Shown in pieces: positions 55,222 to 64,000 of a DNA stretch of 64,000 bases. The notes beneath the pieces were generated by a model that was not told the origin of the DNA, made no database searches, and was given only the letters and a program-made list of their open reading frames with translations. The DNA comes from Candidatus Eiseniibacteriota bacterium (GTDB taxonomy: Bacteria; Eisenbacteria; RBG-16-71-46). Position 1 is the first letter of the stretch, and each line of letters begins with the position of its first letter. The stretch is from NCBI GenBank assembly GCA_038231135.1, contig JBBRLX010000006.1, positions 96,001-160,000 on the forward strand. Direction: 5' to 3'. The position numbers and the translations under genes were made by a program.

Positions 55222-56280
55222 ATGACCGACCCGCCCGACGATCCCAGCCCGCCGCACCGGCGGCGGCCGCGCTACCGCGGCACGCATCCGCGTCGCTTCG
55301 AGGAGAAGTACAAGGAGCTGGCGCCGGAGAAGTATCCGGAGCTCGTGAGCCATGTGCTCGCCAAGCGCCGGACCCCTGCCGGCCAGCACGTGCCGATCAT
55401 GGTCGAGGAGGTCCTCGAAGTACTCGCTCCCCGCCCGGGTGTGCGGGGCGTCGACGCCACGCTCGGATGGGGTGGACACGCGCAGCGCCTGCTCGAGCGG
55501 CTGGTTCCCGGCGGGCAACTGCTGGGGGTCGATGCGGATCCGATCGAGCTGCCCCGCACCGAGGCGCGGCTGCGCCGGCTCGGCTTCGACGAGGCGGCGT
55601 TCATCACCCGGCGCACGAATTTCGCGGGATTGCGCCCGGCGTTGGATTCGGCCGGCTGGCACGACGGCGCCGACTTGGTACTCGCCGATCTCGGCGTCTC
55701 CTCCATGCAGATCGACGACCCGTCGCGCGGCTTCTCGTTCGCCGCCGATGGTCCGCTCGACATGCGCATGAACCCGAACCGTGGCCTCCCGGCCGCGGCC
55801 TGGCTCGAGCACGCGTCCGTCGAGGCGCTTGCCACCGCGCTCCGCGATCATGCCGACGAGCCGCTGGCCGAGATCATCGCCGCCGCGATCATCGCCCGGC
55901 GCGGCGAGCTCACGACCACGCAGGCGCTCGCGAATGCGGTGCGGGCCGCGGTGAAGTCGCGGCGCCGTGACGACGCCGCGGAGCTGTGCGTGCGGCGCGT
56001 GTTCCAGGCGCTGCGGATCGAAGTCAACGACGAGTTCGGGACGCTCGATGCGCTGCTGCGCCAGCTGCCGCTCTGCCTGCGCCCGGGTGGGCGCGTCGCG
56101 GTGATCACGTTTCACTCCGGCGAGGACCGGCGCGTGAAGCAGGCATTCGCCGCGGGCGAGCGCGACGGCGTCTACGCGGGCGTCGCGCCCGAGGTGATCC
56201 GCGCCTCCGCCGCGGAGCAGCACGCGAACCCGCGGTCGCGGGCTGCAAAGTTGCGATGGGCGCGGCGGGGGCCCGAGTGA
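55222..56280 (+). CDS. rsmH: 16S rRNA m4C1402 methyltransferase RsmH (N-terminally extended type)
   Basis: HVPIM, DATLGWGGHA, DLGVSSMQID..RGFSF..DGPLDMRM, FQALRIEVN.E, TFHSGEDR, NPRSR.AKLR. Confidence 0.92.
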   Translation: MTDPPDDPSPPHRRRPRYRGTHPRRFEEKYKELAPEKYPELVSHVLAKRRTPAGQHVPIMVEEVLEVLAPRPGVRGVDATLGWGGHAQRLLERLVPGGQLLGVDADPIELPRTEARLRRLGFDEAAFITRRTNFAGLRPALDSAGWHDGADLVLADLGVSSMQIDDPSRGFSFAADGPLDMRMNPNRGLPAAAWLEHASVEALATALRDHADEPLAEIIAAAIIARRGELTTTQALANAVRAAVKSRRRDDAAELCVRRVFQALRIEVNDEFGTLDALLRQLPLCLRPGGRVAVITFHSGEDRRVKQAFAAGERDGVYAGVAPEVIRASAAEQHANPRSRAAKLRWARRGPE

Positions 56281-56514
56281 CCATGAGGTGGCGATGCGAA
56301 CTGCACTGCCCCACGCAACGAGCGCCCGCAGGGCGCCCTCGGACTGCCTGAACGCCCGCCGGTAAAGATCCGTCAAGACGCGACCGCTGCCGCGGTCAAG
56401 CTCGCGCAAATGCACGCCGACGCAGCTTGCGACGCCGCCGTTCTGAGAGCATGCTTGGCAGGTCAAGGTGCCGCCGCGACGTTCCCCCGGCGAGCCCTGT
56501 GGAAGGAGTGCCAT

Positions 56515-57270
56515 ATGAAGAACACCGACATGAGAATCGCGAGGGCTGCCGCGCTTCGGCTCGTTCTGCTCGCGGTGATGTTGACGGCGGTTGCAGGTAG
56601 CAGCTACGCGCAGCGCACGGGGCGCGGTGGCGGTGGCGGTTCGTGGAGCGGCGGTCACGCGTCCGGCGGCCGTGGGTTTGCCGGGAACGGCGGCGCGTCC
56701 GGCGGCCGCGGGTTTACCGGGAACGGCGGCGCGTCCGGCGGCCGTGGGTTTGCCGGCAATGGCGGCGCGTCCGGGGGCCGCGGGTTTGCGGGCAATGGTG
56801 GCGCGAATGGTGGGCGCCGCTTCGTCGGTGGCAATCCCGGATTCAGAGGCCCCGCGGGCGGCGGCTACGTCGATGGCGGGCGGCGCTACTATGGCGGTGG
56901 TCACCCGTGGGCGGGTCGTCGCTACTATCCACGCTCGTCGTTCCGATTCGGGCTCGGCCTCGGTTTCGGCTACCCGTATTACGGGTATGATCCTTATCCC
57001 GTCTACGTCGCGCCGCCCGTGGTCGTGGCGCCGCAGGTAATCGACGAATCGATCCTCACGAACGATCCGCCGGCCGGCTGCGAATACTACGATCCCTACT
57101 GCGAGCGCACGTTCTCGACGCTCGACGCGTATCAGCGGCATCTCGACACGATCGATCACGATCTCGTTCTCGAGGTCGTGAGCCGCGATTCGGGCCAGCT
57201 GCTGCGCACGTTCGAGTATCGCCAGGACGGCGGCTGGACCCTGCGCGTGGACCGCAGAGGCTCGATGTAG
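56515..57270 (+). CDS. Secreted Gly-rich repeat protein with zinc-finger-like C-terminal domain
   Basis: AAGGAG RBS; signal peptide SYA|Q; ASGGRGFAGNGG repeats; Tyr/Pro-rich linker. Confidence 0.75.
   Translation: MKNTDMRIARAAALRLVLLAVMLTAVAGSSYAQRTGRGGGGGSWSGGHASGGRGFAGNGGASGGRGFTGNGGASGGRGFAGNGGASGGRGFAGNGGANGGRRFVGGNPGFRGPAGGGYVDGGRRYYGGGHPWAGRRYYPRSSFRFGLGLGFGYPYYGYDPYPVYVAPPVVVAPQVIDESILTNDPPAGCEYYDPYCERTFSTLDAYQRHLDTIDHDLVLEVVSRDSGQLLRTFEYRQDGGWTLRVDRRGSM
56659..56838. repeat. Tandem 36-nt coding repeat, 4 near-identical copies plus 1 degenerate
   Basis: GCGTCCGGCGGCCGTGGGTTTGCCGGGAACGGCGGC units at 56659, 56695, 56731, 56767 and (degenerate) 56803. Confidence 0.9.
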
Positions 57271-57292
57271 CCATCCGGCCGACGACGGCCAT

Positions 57293-57327
57293 CAGGCGCC
57301 AGGACCGCTCGGTCCTGGCGCCTGTTT
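57293..57327 (+). terminator. Intrinsic-terminator-like hairpin
   Basis: Perfect 15-bp arms CAGGCGCCAGGACCG/CGGTCCTGGCGCCTG followed by TTT, 23 nt after the stop. Confidence 0.65.
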
Positions 57328-57386
57328 GGTGAGCGGCGGGACAGTCCAGCCTTGTCTCGGGCCCGGCGGCATGCACAATCCCTCGA

Positions 57387-58685
57387 ATGATGACTACCGT
57401 CACTCGCATCCTGCGACCCATGGGGACCACCGTCCTCCTCGTACTCGTGCTGTCCCGGTCCGGCGCCTCGGCCGCCCCACCGGGACACCCGGTGCCGCAC
57501 CCGTCACGAAGCACGTACGCCTCCCAGGACACCCTCGCGTGGGTCGGTACCGGTGCCGTCACCACCGCGGGCTTCGTGCGTCGGATCGAGATGATGCCGT
57601 GGCCGGGAAAGGGCGGCGGAGCGGCGGAGCTCGATTCCGCCAAGGTGCGCGCGCTGCAGTCGCTGGTGGGCGAGGAGTTGCTCGCACAAGAGGCCGAGCG
57701 CCAGGGGCTGGGCGACGCGGGCGGCGTGGCCAGGATGCGGGCCTCGCTCCGCAAGGCGCTGGTGCGGGACGCGCTCTATCACGAAGTCGTGGCGGCCACG
57801 CCCGAGCCCACGGCGGCGGAGGTGGAGCGCAGCGTGCGGCTGCGTTCGTTGCACGCCACGCCGGACGCGCGGCGCAAGTTGCGCCGGGCCGCCGCGGATT
57901 CCCTGCGCGGAGTGGGCGAGCGCCAGCGGGCCGCGGCGTTCATGAGCCGCATGCTCGGCGGCGAGCGGGCGGTCGTGGATTCGGCGACATTCATGCTGCT
58001 GGCTGATTCGCTGCGGAGTCTCATGGCGGGCAACTCGGACGCTCCGCCGTCTCCCCGCGGGTACGAACTGCTCCCCGAGTACGTGGAGGTCCTGCGAGCC
58101 AGGCTGAGGCCCGCGCTCGAGCGGCCGCTCGTCCGGCTCCCGGGCGGACCGCTGCAACTGGGCGACGCGCTCGAGGAGTTGCGCTTCTATGTATTCACGT
58201 TGCACTCCCTCGAAGCGGGGCCGTTCGCCGCGGAGTTGAGCGTGCGGCTCCGGACCATCGTGGAAGGCGAGTGGATGGCACGCGAGGGCCTGCGCCGCCA
58301 CCTCGACCAGCGCCCGGACGTGCGGCGCGATCTCGACATGTGGACCGCAGCCTGGCGTGCGAAACTTCTGGTGCAGTGGGTTGCCGCGGGAGCCGAGACG
58401 TCGTCGGCTTCGTCCCGCCACCTCGCCGCCCGCGCGTCGGAGCGCGCTCGCGATCAGGCTCCGGAACCCCGCGCCGAGCGTGTGGCTCGTTACGTGGCCA
58501 CCCTCGCGGAGCGCAACCGCATCGAGATGAACTACGCCGCGCTGCGCGGGGTCGACGTGTCACCCGTCAACATGGTCACCCGGCGCCGCCTCGGCTTTGG
58601 CGGCGGCATGGTGGCGGCCCCGTCGCTCACGCCCCTGTGGGACTGGGTGCCGATCTGGCGCGCGTCCCGCGCGACGCTGCCATGA
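57387..58685 (+). CDS. Exported SurA/PrsA-like chaperone-fold protein (start uncertain)
   Basis: LAWVG...VT...F...ALQSLVGEELLAQEAERQGL and a second similar helical unit; no parvulin motif seen. Confidence 0.5.
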   Translation: MMTTVTRILRPMGTTVLLVLVLSRSGASAAPPGHPVPHPSRSTYASQDTLAWVGTGAVTTAGFVRRIEMMPWPGKGGGAAELDSAKVRALQSLVGEELLAQEAERQGLGDAGGVARMRASLRKALVRDALYHEVVAATPEPTAAEVERSVRLRSLHATPDARRKLRRAAADSLRGVGERQRAAAFMSRMLGGERAVVDSATFMLLADSLRSLMAGNSDAPPSPRGYELLPEYVEVLRARLRPALERPLVRLPGGPLQLGDALEELRFYVFTLHSLEAGPFAAELSVRLRTIVEGEWMAREGLRRHLDQRPDVRRDLDMWTAAWRAKLLVQWVAAGAETSSASSRHLAARASERARDQAPEPRAERVARYVATLAERNRIEMNYAALRGVDVSPVNMVTRRRLGFGGGMVAAPSLTPLWDWVPIWRASRATLP

Positions 58686-58869
58686 AGCGAGCGCCGATTC
58701 TCGAGCCGAACTCTGAAGCGCCGGACAGCGCCGGAACAGGCGTTTGTCGGCGTCGTCATGCCGAGCGTAGTCTCGCGATCACGCGCCGAAGCGTCGCGAC
58801 GCGAGGCATCACACCAGCCACGAGCGCGCGCAGATTGCGAGGAGCTGCAATGGTCGTCCGGGTCATGAC

Positions 58870-60219
58870 GTGAGCGAAACCTCCGGCAACAGAGTTCGGG
58901 CGATGAGCATGGTCGCCGCCCTGGTGGTGCTGGCCGGCGTCGGCTGGTGGGTGCTGAGAACCCGCAGCGTGAAGCCTCCGGAGTTCCGCTTTGTCGCCGT
59001 CGAGCGCGGCGATCTGCAGTCGACCGTGTCCGCCACCGGCGCGCTCAGCGCCCTGAAGACCGTGCAGGTGGGCACCCAGGTGTCGGGGCAGGTGTCCGAG
59101 ATTCACGCGGACTTCAATGCCCACGTCACCAAGGGCCAGCTCCTCGCGCGCCTCGATCCGACGCTGCAGCGGCAGGCCGTGCAGGACGCGCAGGCGAACG
59201 TCGCGAAGGCGGCGGCCCAGCTGCTGCAAGCTTCGCAGGATTACGACCGCAACAAGCCGCTCTACGACCAGGGAATCATCACCGGGACCGAGTTCGGCAC
59301 GGAGCAACTCAGCAAGTCGGTGGCGCAGGCGGGAATGAAGTCCGCGCAGATCGCCCTCGACAAAGCGAAGCAGAATCTATCCCTCACCAGCATTTTCGCA
59401 CCGATCAGTGGTGTCGTCGTCGAGCGCGACGTCGACATCGGTCAGACGGTGGCCGCGAGTCTCTCGGCCCCGCAGCTGTTCCTGCTGGCGCAGGATCTGT
59501 CGCAGATGCAGATCCTCGCCGCGGTGGACGAGAGCGACATCGGCAGCATCAAGGAGGGTCAGACCGCGCAGTTCACGGTGCAGACGTATCCGGGGCGCAC
59601 GTTCATCGGCACCGTCTCCCAGGTGCGATTGGAGTCCAAGACCACGGACAACGTCGTCAGCTACACCGTGGTCGTGATGCTCGGGAACGCGGACCAGAAG
59701 CTGTTGCCGGGCATGACGGCGACGGTGGAGTTTGTCACGGGTTCGGCGAAGGACGTGTTGCTGGTCCCCAACGCGGCGTTGCGCTTCAAGCCCACGCCGG
59801 ACATGCTCGTCGCGTCCGGCCTGCCGCCGACCGGGGCAGGCGGGTCGCGCCGCAACGGCCGCACAGCCGATTCGACGAGCCGCGGCGGGGCGGGCGCGCC
59901 TGGCGCCGCGGCGGGCGGCGGGGCCGGGAACGGTGGGGCGCCGGGCGCGAATCGCCCGCGCCGCGCCGGCTCCGGAGGCGGCATGGGAGGCGGGTTCGGC
60001 TCACTGTGGACGCTGAGCGCCACGAAGAAGCTGAAGCCGGTTCACGTGCGCATCGGCATCACCGATGGTCAGCGCACCCAGGTCACGAGCGACAGCCTCG
60101 CCGCCGGCACGCAGGTCATCGTCGGCGCGACGACGGCGGCGTCCACGACGTCGAAGACCGCCCCGGCGGCCAATCCGCTCACGCCGCCGCCCGTTCGTCG
60201 CGGACCCGGCGGCCCATGA
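58870..60219 (+). CDS. MacA-like periplasmic adaptor (MFP)
   Basis: VSATG.L...VQVGTQVSG, DFNAHV.KGQ, IFAPISGVV, GQTVAASL..P.LF, LLPGMTA. Confidence 0.93.
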   Translation: MSETSGNRVRAMSMVAALVVLAGVGWWVLRTRSVKPPEFRFVAVERGDLQSTVSATGALSALKTVQVGTQVSGQVSEIHADFNAHVTKGQLLARLDPTLQRQAVQDAQANVAKAAAQLLQASQDYDRNKPLYDQGIITGTEFGTEQLSKSVAQAGMKSAQIALDKAKQNLSLTSIFAPISGVVVERDVDIGQTVAASLSAPQLFLLAQDLSQMQILAAVDESDIGSIKEGQTAQFTVQTYPGRTFIGTVSQVRLESKTTDNVVSYTVVVMLGNADQKLLPGMTATVEFVTGSAKDVLLVPNAALRFKPTPDMLVASGLPPTGAGGSRRNGRTADSTSRGGAGAPGAAAGGGAGNGGAPGANRPRRAGSGGGMGGGFGSLWTLSATKKLKPVHVRIGITDGQRTQVTSDSLAAGTQVIVGATTAASTTSKTAPAANPLTPPPVRRGPGGP

Positions 60220-61007
60220 CGCCGGGTGACGTGGGTGCCGCGCAGGGGATGCCCGTCATCGAGCTCCACGGCGTCAAGAAGATCTATCAGATGGGCACCA
60301 ACAAGGTGTTCGCGCTCAACGGCATCGACCTCGCCGTCGCAGCGGGTGAGTTCCTCGCGATCATGGGCGCATCCGGATCGGGAAAGTCCACGCTGATGAA
60401 CGTGATCGGCTGCCTCGACGTGCCCAGCGAGGGCAGCTACGTGCTCGATGGTACGCGCGTGAACGGCCTGAATCGCAACGCGCTCGCCGATCTGCGCAAC
60501 CAGAAGATCGGGTTCGTGTTTCAGGGCTTCAACCTGCTGGCGCGCACTTCGGCGCTCGAGAACGTCGAGTTGCCGCTGCTCTACGACCGCAATCGCCGCT
60601 GGCACGACACGAAGGCGCTCGCCCGCGAGGCACTCACCAAGGTCGGCCTGGGCGAGCGGCTGGAGCATCAGCCGAGCGAGCTGTCCGGCGGCCAGCAGCA
60701 GCGCGTCGCGATCGCGCGCGCGCTCGTCACGCAGCCGACCCTGCTGCTCGCCGACGAGCCGACCGGCAATCTCGACAGCCGGATGTCCATCGACGTGATG
60801 AGCATCTTCCAGGCGCTGAACGACCAGGGCATCACGGTCGTGCTCGTGACGCACGAGCTGGACGTGGCGCAGTACGCCCGGCGGATCGTCGAAGTGAAGG
60901 ACGGCAGGCTGCGGAGCGATCACCCGGTGGGGGCCCGGCACAACGCCGTCGATGACCTCCGTGTGCTCGACGCCGCCAACCCGGAGCCGCAGGAGGGGGT
61001 GGCATGA
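60216..61007 (+). CDS. ABC transporter ATP-binding subunit (MacB/LolD-like)
   Basis: ATGA overlap; [32 protein letters not shown]. Confidence 0.95.
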   Translation: MTPGDVGAAQGMPVIELHGVKKIYQMGTNKVFALNGIDLAVAAGEFLAIMGASGSGKSTLMNVIGCLDVPSEGSYVLDGTRVNGLNRNALADLRNQKIGFVFQGFNLLARTSALENVELPLLYDRNRRWHDTKALAREALTKVGLGERLEHQPSELSGGQQQRVAIARALVTQPTLLLADEPTGNLDSRMSIDVMSIFQALNDQGITVVLVTHELDVAQYARRIVEVKDGRLRSDHPVGARHNAVDDLRVLDAANPEPQEGVA

Positions 61008-62218
61008 CTCAGAAGACCCTACTGAAGCTGGCGTGGCAGAGCATCGTGAAGAACAAGATGCGCACGCTGCTCACGATGCTCGGTATCGTCATCGGCGTCG
61101 GGGCCGTCATCGTGATGGTCGCCGTCGGACAGGGCGCGCAGTCGCAGATCGAGGCGCAGATCAGCAGTCTCGGCACCAATCTCATCGTCATCACGCCGGG
61201 GTCGACCGCGGCGGGCGGCGTCAGCCAGGGGGCGGGGACGTTCAACCGGCTGACCGTCGACGACGCGATCAAGCTCAAGGACCAGGCGACGACCCTGACC
61301 GGCGTGTCGCCGGTGATCAACGCCCGGGCCGTCGTCGTCGGGCCGCAGGGCAACTGGCGCACCAGCATCAATGGAGTGAGCACGGATTATTTCACCATCC
61401 GGAACTGGGCGCCGACGTCGGGCGACCTGTTCGTCGACGCGGACCTCAAGTCCGGCCGGAAGATCGCGCTCATCGGGGCCACCGTGGCCAGGAACCTGTT
61501 TCCCGACATCGATCCCGTGGGTGCGGAGATCCGGATCGGCCAGGTGCCGTTCACGGTGGTCGGACTGATGGCGCCCAAGGGCCAGAATGCCGGCGGCCAG
61601 GACCAGGACGACGTCGTGCTCATGCCGTACACCACGGCGCAGACGCGACTCAGCGGCAACGTGCGTATCGGTCAGATTCTCGCGAGCACGTTTTCTCCCG
61701 GTGACATCCCGGCGGCGCAGCAGGAGATCACGGACATCATGCGTGAAGCGCACCGGCTCGGGGACAACCCCGACGACTTCACCGTGCGCAACCAGTCGGA
61801 GATCGCGGCCGCGGCCACGAGTACGACCTCGGTGATGTCCGGGCTGCTCGCGGCCATTGCATCGGTGTCGCTCATCGTGGGCGGCATCGGCATCATGAAC
61901 ATCATGCTGGTGTCGGTGACGGAGCGCACCCGCGAGATCGGCATCCGCATGGCGATCGGCGCGCGGGGCTCCGATGTCCTCGTGCAGTTTCTCGTCGAGA
62001 GCATCGTGATGAGCCTGATCGGTGGCATCATCGGTCTGTTGGCCGGCTATGGAGGCTCGCTGCTGCTCGGCAGCCTGACCGGGTGGCATACCGTGGTGCC
62101 GATGTCGGCGGTGTTCCTGGCGGTCGGCTTCTCGGGGGCGGTCGGCGTGTTCTTCGGATTCTATCCGGCGCGCAAGGCGGCGGGAATGAACCCGATCGAG
62201 GCGCTGCGCTACGAGTAG
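61004..62218 (+). CDS. ABC transporter permease (MacB/FtsX-like)
   Basis: NKMRTLLTMLGIVIG, GGIGIMNIMLVSVTERTREIG, FYPARKA...PIEALRYE. Confidence 0.95.
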   Translation: MTQKTLLKLAWQSIVKNKMRTLLTMLGIVIGVGAVIVMVAVGQGAQSQIEAQISSLGTNLIVITPGSTAAGGVSQGAGTFNRLTVDDAIKLKDQATTLTGVSPVINARAVVVGPQGNWRTSINGVSTDYFTIRNWAPTSGDLFVDADLKSGRKIALIGATVARNLFPDIDPVGAEIRIGQVPFTVVGLMAPKGQNAGGQDQDDVVLMPYTTAQTRLSGNVRIGQILASTFSPGDIPAAQQEITDIMREAHRLGDNPDDFTVRNQSEIAAAATSTTSVMSGLLAAIASVSLIVGGIGIMNIMLVSVTERTREIGIRMAIGARGSDVLVQFLVESIVMSLIGGIIGLLAGYGGSLLLGSLTGWHTVVPMSAVFLAVGFSGAVGVFFGFYPARKAAGMNPIEALRYE

Positions 62219-62242
62219 CGCGGGGGGCGAGAGCGCCCCGCG
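62219..62242. terminator. Hairpin after the permease gene
   Basis: CGCGGGG-G-GC-GAGA-GC-G-CCCCGCG with GNRA loop, between convergent genes. Confidence 0.4.
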
Positions 62243-62263
62243 GGGTTGCACCCGTTCCGAAGG

Positions 62264-62659
62264 TCAGCGCGCGAGGTCGATCCGGATGGGGCCGTCCCGC
62301 ACGGTTTCGACCGGCTCCCCGAGCAGCAATTCGCGGGCGCCGATCTCGAGGCACAGCGGGCCCGGGATCGGACGAGTGCGGTAGCCGGCTCCGATCTCGA
62401 GCGCGGCGGCGGTCCGCTCCTGGCCCGCGGAGCTCGTAGTGACGCCGGAGCGCGAGTTATGAAACCGCGACGGGCCGTGGGCGAGGGGAACCTGGAAGCC
62501 GACCGACCCGCCGTCGCCACCATTCCACACCGCGGTGGGCCCCATCGTGGGTTCCGCCCATGTGTGCGCGTAGGCGACATGAACCGAAACGCCGGGGCCG
62601 TCGGCGCGGGCGGACGCCGGCAGGATCAGCAGGGCGATGGCGAAGGCACGGGTGCGCAT
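62264..62659 (-). CDS. Short exported hypothetical protein, possibly an OM beta-barrel remnant
   Basis: Signal peptide ARA|D; AAALEIGAGYR beta-strand; GGGGA RBS. Confidence 0.4.
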   Translation of the reverse strand: MRTRAFAIALLILPASARADGPGVSVHVAYAHTWAEPTMGPTAVWNGGDGGSVGFQVPLAHGPSRFHNSRSGVTTSSAGQERTAAALEIGAGYRTRPIPGPLCLEIGARELLLGEPVETVRDGPIRIDLAR

Positions 62660-62796
62660 GGATCCCCTGGTGTCTCAGCGGCGCAGAGCCCCACCCGGAT
62701 GCGGAACGCGCCGGAAGGCTAAATCGTAGCCTGCCGTGGCCGTTTGTGTCACTCCCGACCGTTCGGCACAATGCGCGCGTGGACCCCACGAGCGGC

Positions 62797-63654
62797 ATGA
62801 GTGTTCCCGCGCTGGTTTCGACCGGCTGGCTCGCCAGCCACCTCGCCGATCGCGATCTACGCGTGGTGGATGTGCGCTGGTCGTTGCTCGAGCGGGACAA
62901 GGGACGAAACGCCTATCTCGCGGCGCACGTTCCTGGCGCCATATTCATGGATGTGGACACCGATCTGGCGGCTCCGCGCGGACGGGGCCCCGGCCGCCAT
63001 CCATTGCCCAGTGTGGCGTCGTTTGCCGCGAGCGCGTCGCGGGCCGGGATCGGCGCGGACACGCACGTCATCGCCTATGACTTCGGCGACGGCTCGACGG
63101 CCGCGCGTCTGTGGTGGTTGCTGCGCTACTTCGGACACGATCGCGTGTCGCTGCTCGACGGTGGGATGGCGCGCTGGGTAGTGGAGGGCCATCCGGTCGA
63201 GAGCCGCGTCCTGTCGGTTCCACCGAGCGCGTTCACCGCCAGACCGCGCCCCGAGATGACGGCCGACGCCGAAGCCATCGAGCGATGGCGCGGCGATTCG
63301 CGCACGCTCATCATCGACTCGCGAGCCGCGGAACGCTATGCGGGCGCCGTCGAGCCGATCGACCCGGTTGCCGCGCACGTCCCGGGGGCGAGGAACCACC
63401 CGTATCCCTCGAATGTGCGCTCCGCGGACGACCCGCGCTTTCTGGAGCCCGAACGACTACGTGAACGCTTCGTCCAACTCGGCGCCGATTCCGCCGAGCG
63501 CGTCGTTTGCTACTGCGGCAGCGGCGTCAACGCGTGCCAGAACGTCTTCGCGCTCCAACTCGCCGGATTCGATGACGCCGTGTTGTACGAAGGCTCCTGG
63601 AGCGATTGGTGCAGCGTCGCGAGCCGAGCGGTGAGGACGGGTTCCGAGCCTTAG
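62797..63654 (+). CDS. sseA: Tandem rhodanese sulfurtransferase (SseA/3-mercaptopyruvate sulfurtransferase-like)
   Basis: LVST.WL, HVPGA, GRHPLP, ARLWW, YCGSGV, LYEGSWSDW. Confidence 0.9.
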   Translation: MSVPALVSTGWLASHLADRDLRVVDVRWSLLERDKGRNAYLAAHVPGAIFMDVDTDLAAPRGRGPGRHPLPSVASFAASASRAGIGADTHVIAYDFGDGSTAARLWWLLRYFGHDRVSLLDGGMARWVVEGHPVESRVLSVPPSAFTARPRPEMTADAEAIERWRGDSRTLIIDSRAAERYAGAVEPIDPVAAHVPGARNHPYPSNVRSADDPRFLEPERLRERFVQLGADSAERVVCYCGSGVNACQNVFALQLAGFDDAVLYEGSWSDWCSVASRAVRTGSEP

Positions 63655-63692
63655 ACCGAGACCATTGAGAGTGCGCACGCGGGCATGGCCGA

Positions 63693-64000
63693 CTACTCCT
63701 TGCCGGCTCCGTGTCGCGCGAGCCTCAGCTCGAGATGTCTCCGAACGTCCGGCCATTCGGTGGCGAGGATGCTGTACATCACCGAGTCACGCACCGTGCC
63801 GTCGCGGCGCATGCCGAAGTGACGGATCACGCCGTCCTTCTTCGCCCCCAGAGCCTCGATGGCGCGCTGCGACCGGAAGTTGAAGTTGTCCGTCCGCAGG
63901 CCGACGACCTTGCAGCCGAGCGAGTCGAACGCATGTTCGAGCAGCAGCAACTTGCAGGTCGTGTTGACGCCCGTTCGCTGGCGGCTATGCGCGTACCAGG
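63693..64000 (-). CDS. GNAT N-acetyltransferase, RimJ/RimL-like (5'-partial)
   Basis: WY..S.QRTGVNT.CK.LLL.HAF..LGC..V..RTD..N.RSQ.AI..LGA..DG.IR...RD...YSI...EW. Confidence 0.88.
   Translation of the reverse strand, partial: WYAHSRQRTGVNTTCKLLLLEHAFDSLGCKVVGLRTDNFNFRSQRAIEALGAKKDGVIRHFGMRRDGTVRDSVMYSILATEWPDVRRHLELRLARHGAGKE

Noticed and set aside
56659..56838. 36-nt repeats as a CRISPR array
   Set aside because: No spacers, in-frame coding with mostly synonymous variation, no cas genes
54646..57159. Apparent 837-aa rhomboid fusion
   Set aside because: The N-terminal ~670 aa are antisense to rsmH and the Gly-rich gene
58947..60215. Long N-terminal extension of the ABC ATPase
   Set aside because: Overlaps the MFP gene off-frame; the ATGA-coupled start at 60216 is more plausible

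Overview
High-GC bacterial chromosomal window with about 50 CDS and no rRNA, tRNA, CRISPR array, integrase or transposase that I can support. Six secreted proteins end in a FlgD-Ig/T9SS-CTD-like domain, which suggests an FCB-group organism such as Ca. Eisenbacteria (inference). Main blocks: (1) 0-10.4 kb: O-antigen-ligase end, a degenerate S1/P1-nuclease-like secreted protein, YHS, UDG-like and TIM-barrel genes, and a ~1830-aa beta-helix/9xIg/2xCBM surface protein. (2) 11-22.7 kb: the best candidate for an undescribed system. A largely translationally coupled operon encodes a POTRA-less Omp85-like barrel, an exported atypical kinase-fold protein, an exported metallophosphoesterase, an NTT/TLC nucleotide translocase, an NTT-HEAT fusion and a cNMP-binding protein, preceded by a paralogous phosphoesterase and a TonB. 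This could be an extracytoplasmic, ATP-fed kinase/phosphatase circuit. (3) 22.9-31.6 kb: two hybrid PAS histidine kinases, a DUF5916 OM protein and small enzymes. (4) 31.6-47 kb: a hypoxia/dormancy-like island (3 USPs, Zn-ADH, NirK-cytochrome c fusion, YceI+porin, AckA, MgtA, eRF1-like protein, P1B-5 ATPase) divergent from an atypical Cys-rich NarL-type regulator that lacks the phospho-Asp. (5) 47-54.6 kb: four CTD-bearing secreted proteins. (6) 54.6-64 kb: internally deleted rhomboid, orphan rsmH, Gly-rich repeat protein with a zinc-finger-like tail, MacAB-like exporter, sulfurtransferase and a partial GNAT. All family calls come from motifs recognised by eye; no database searches were run.
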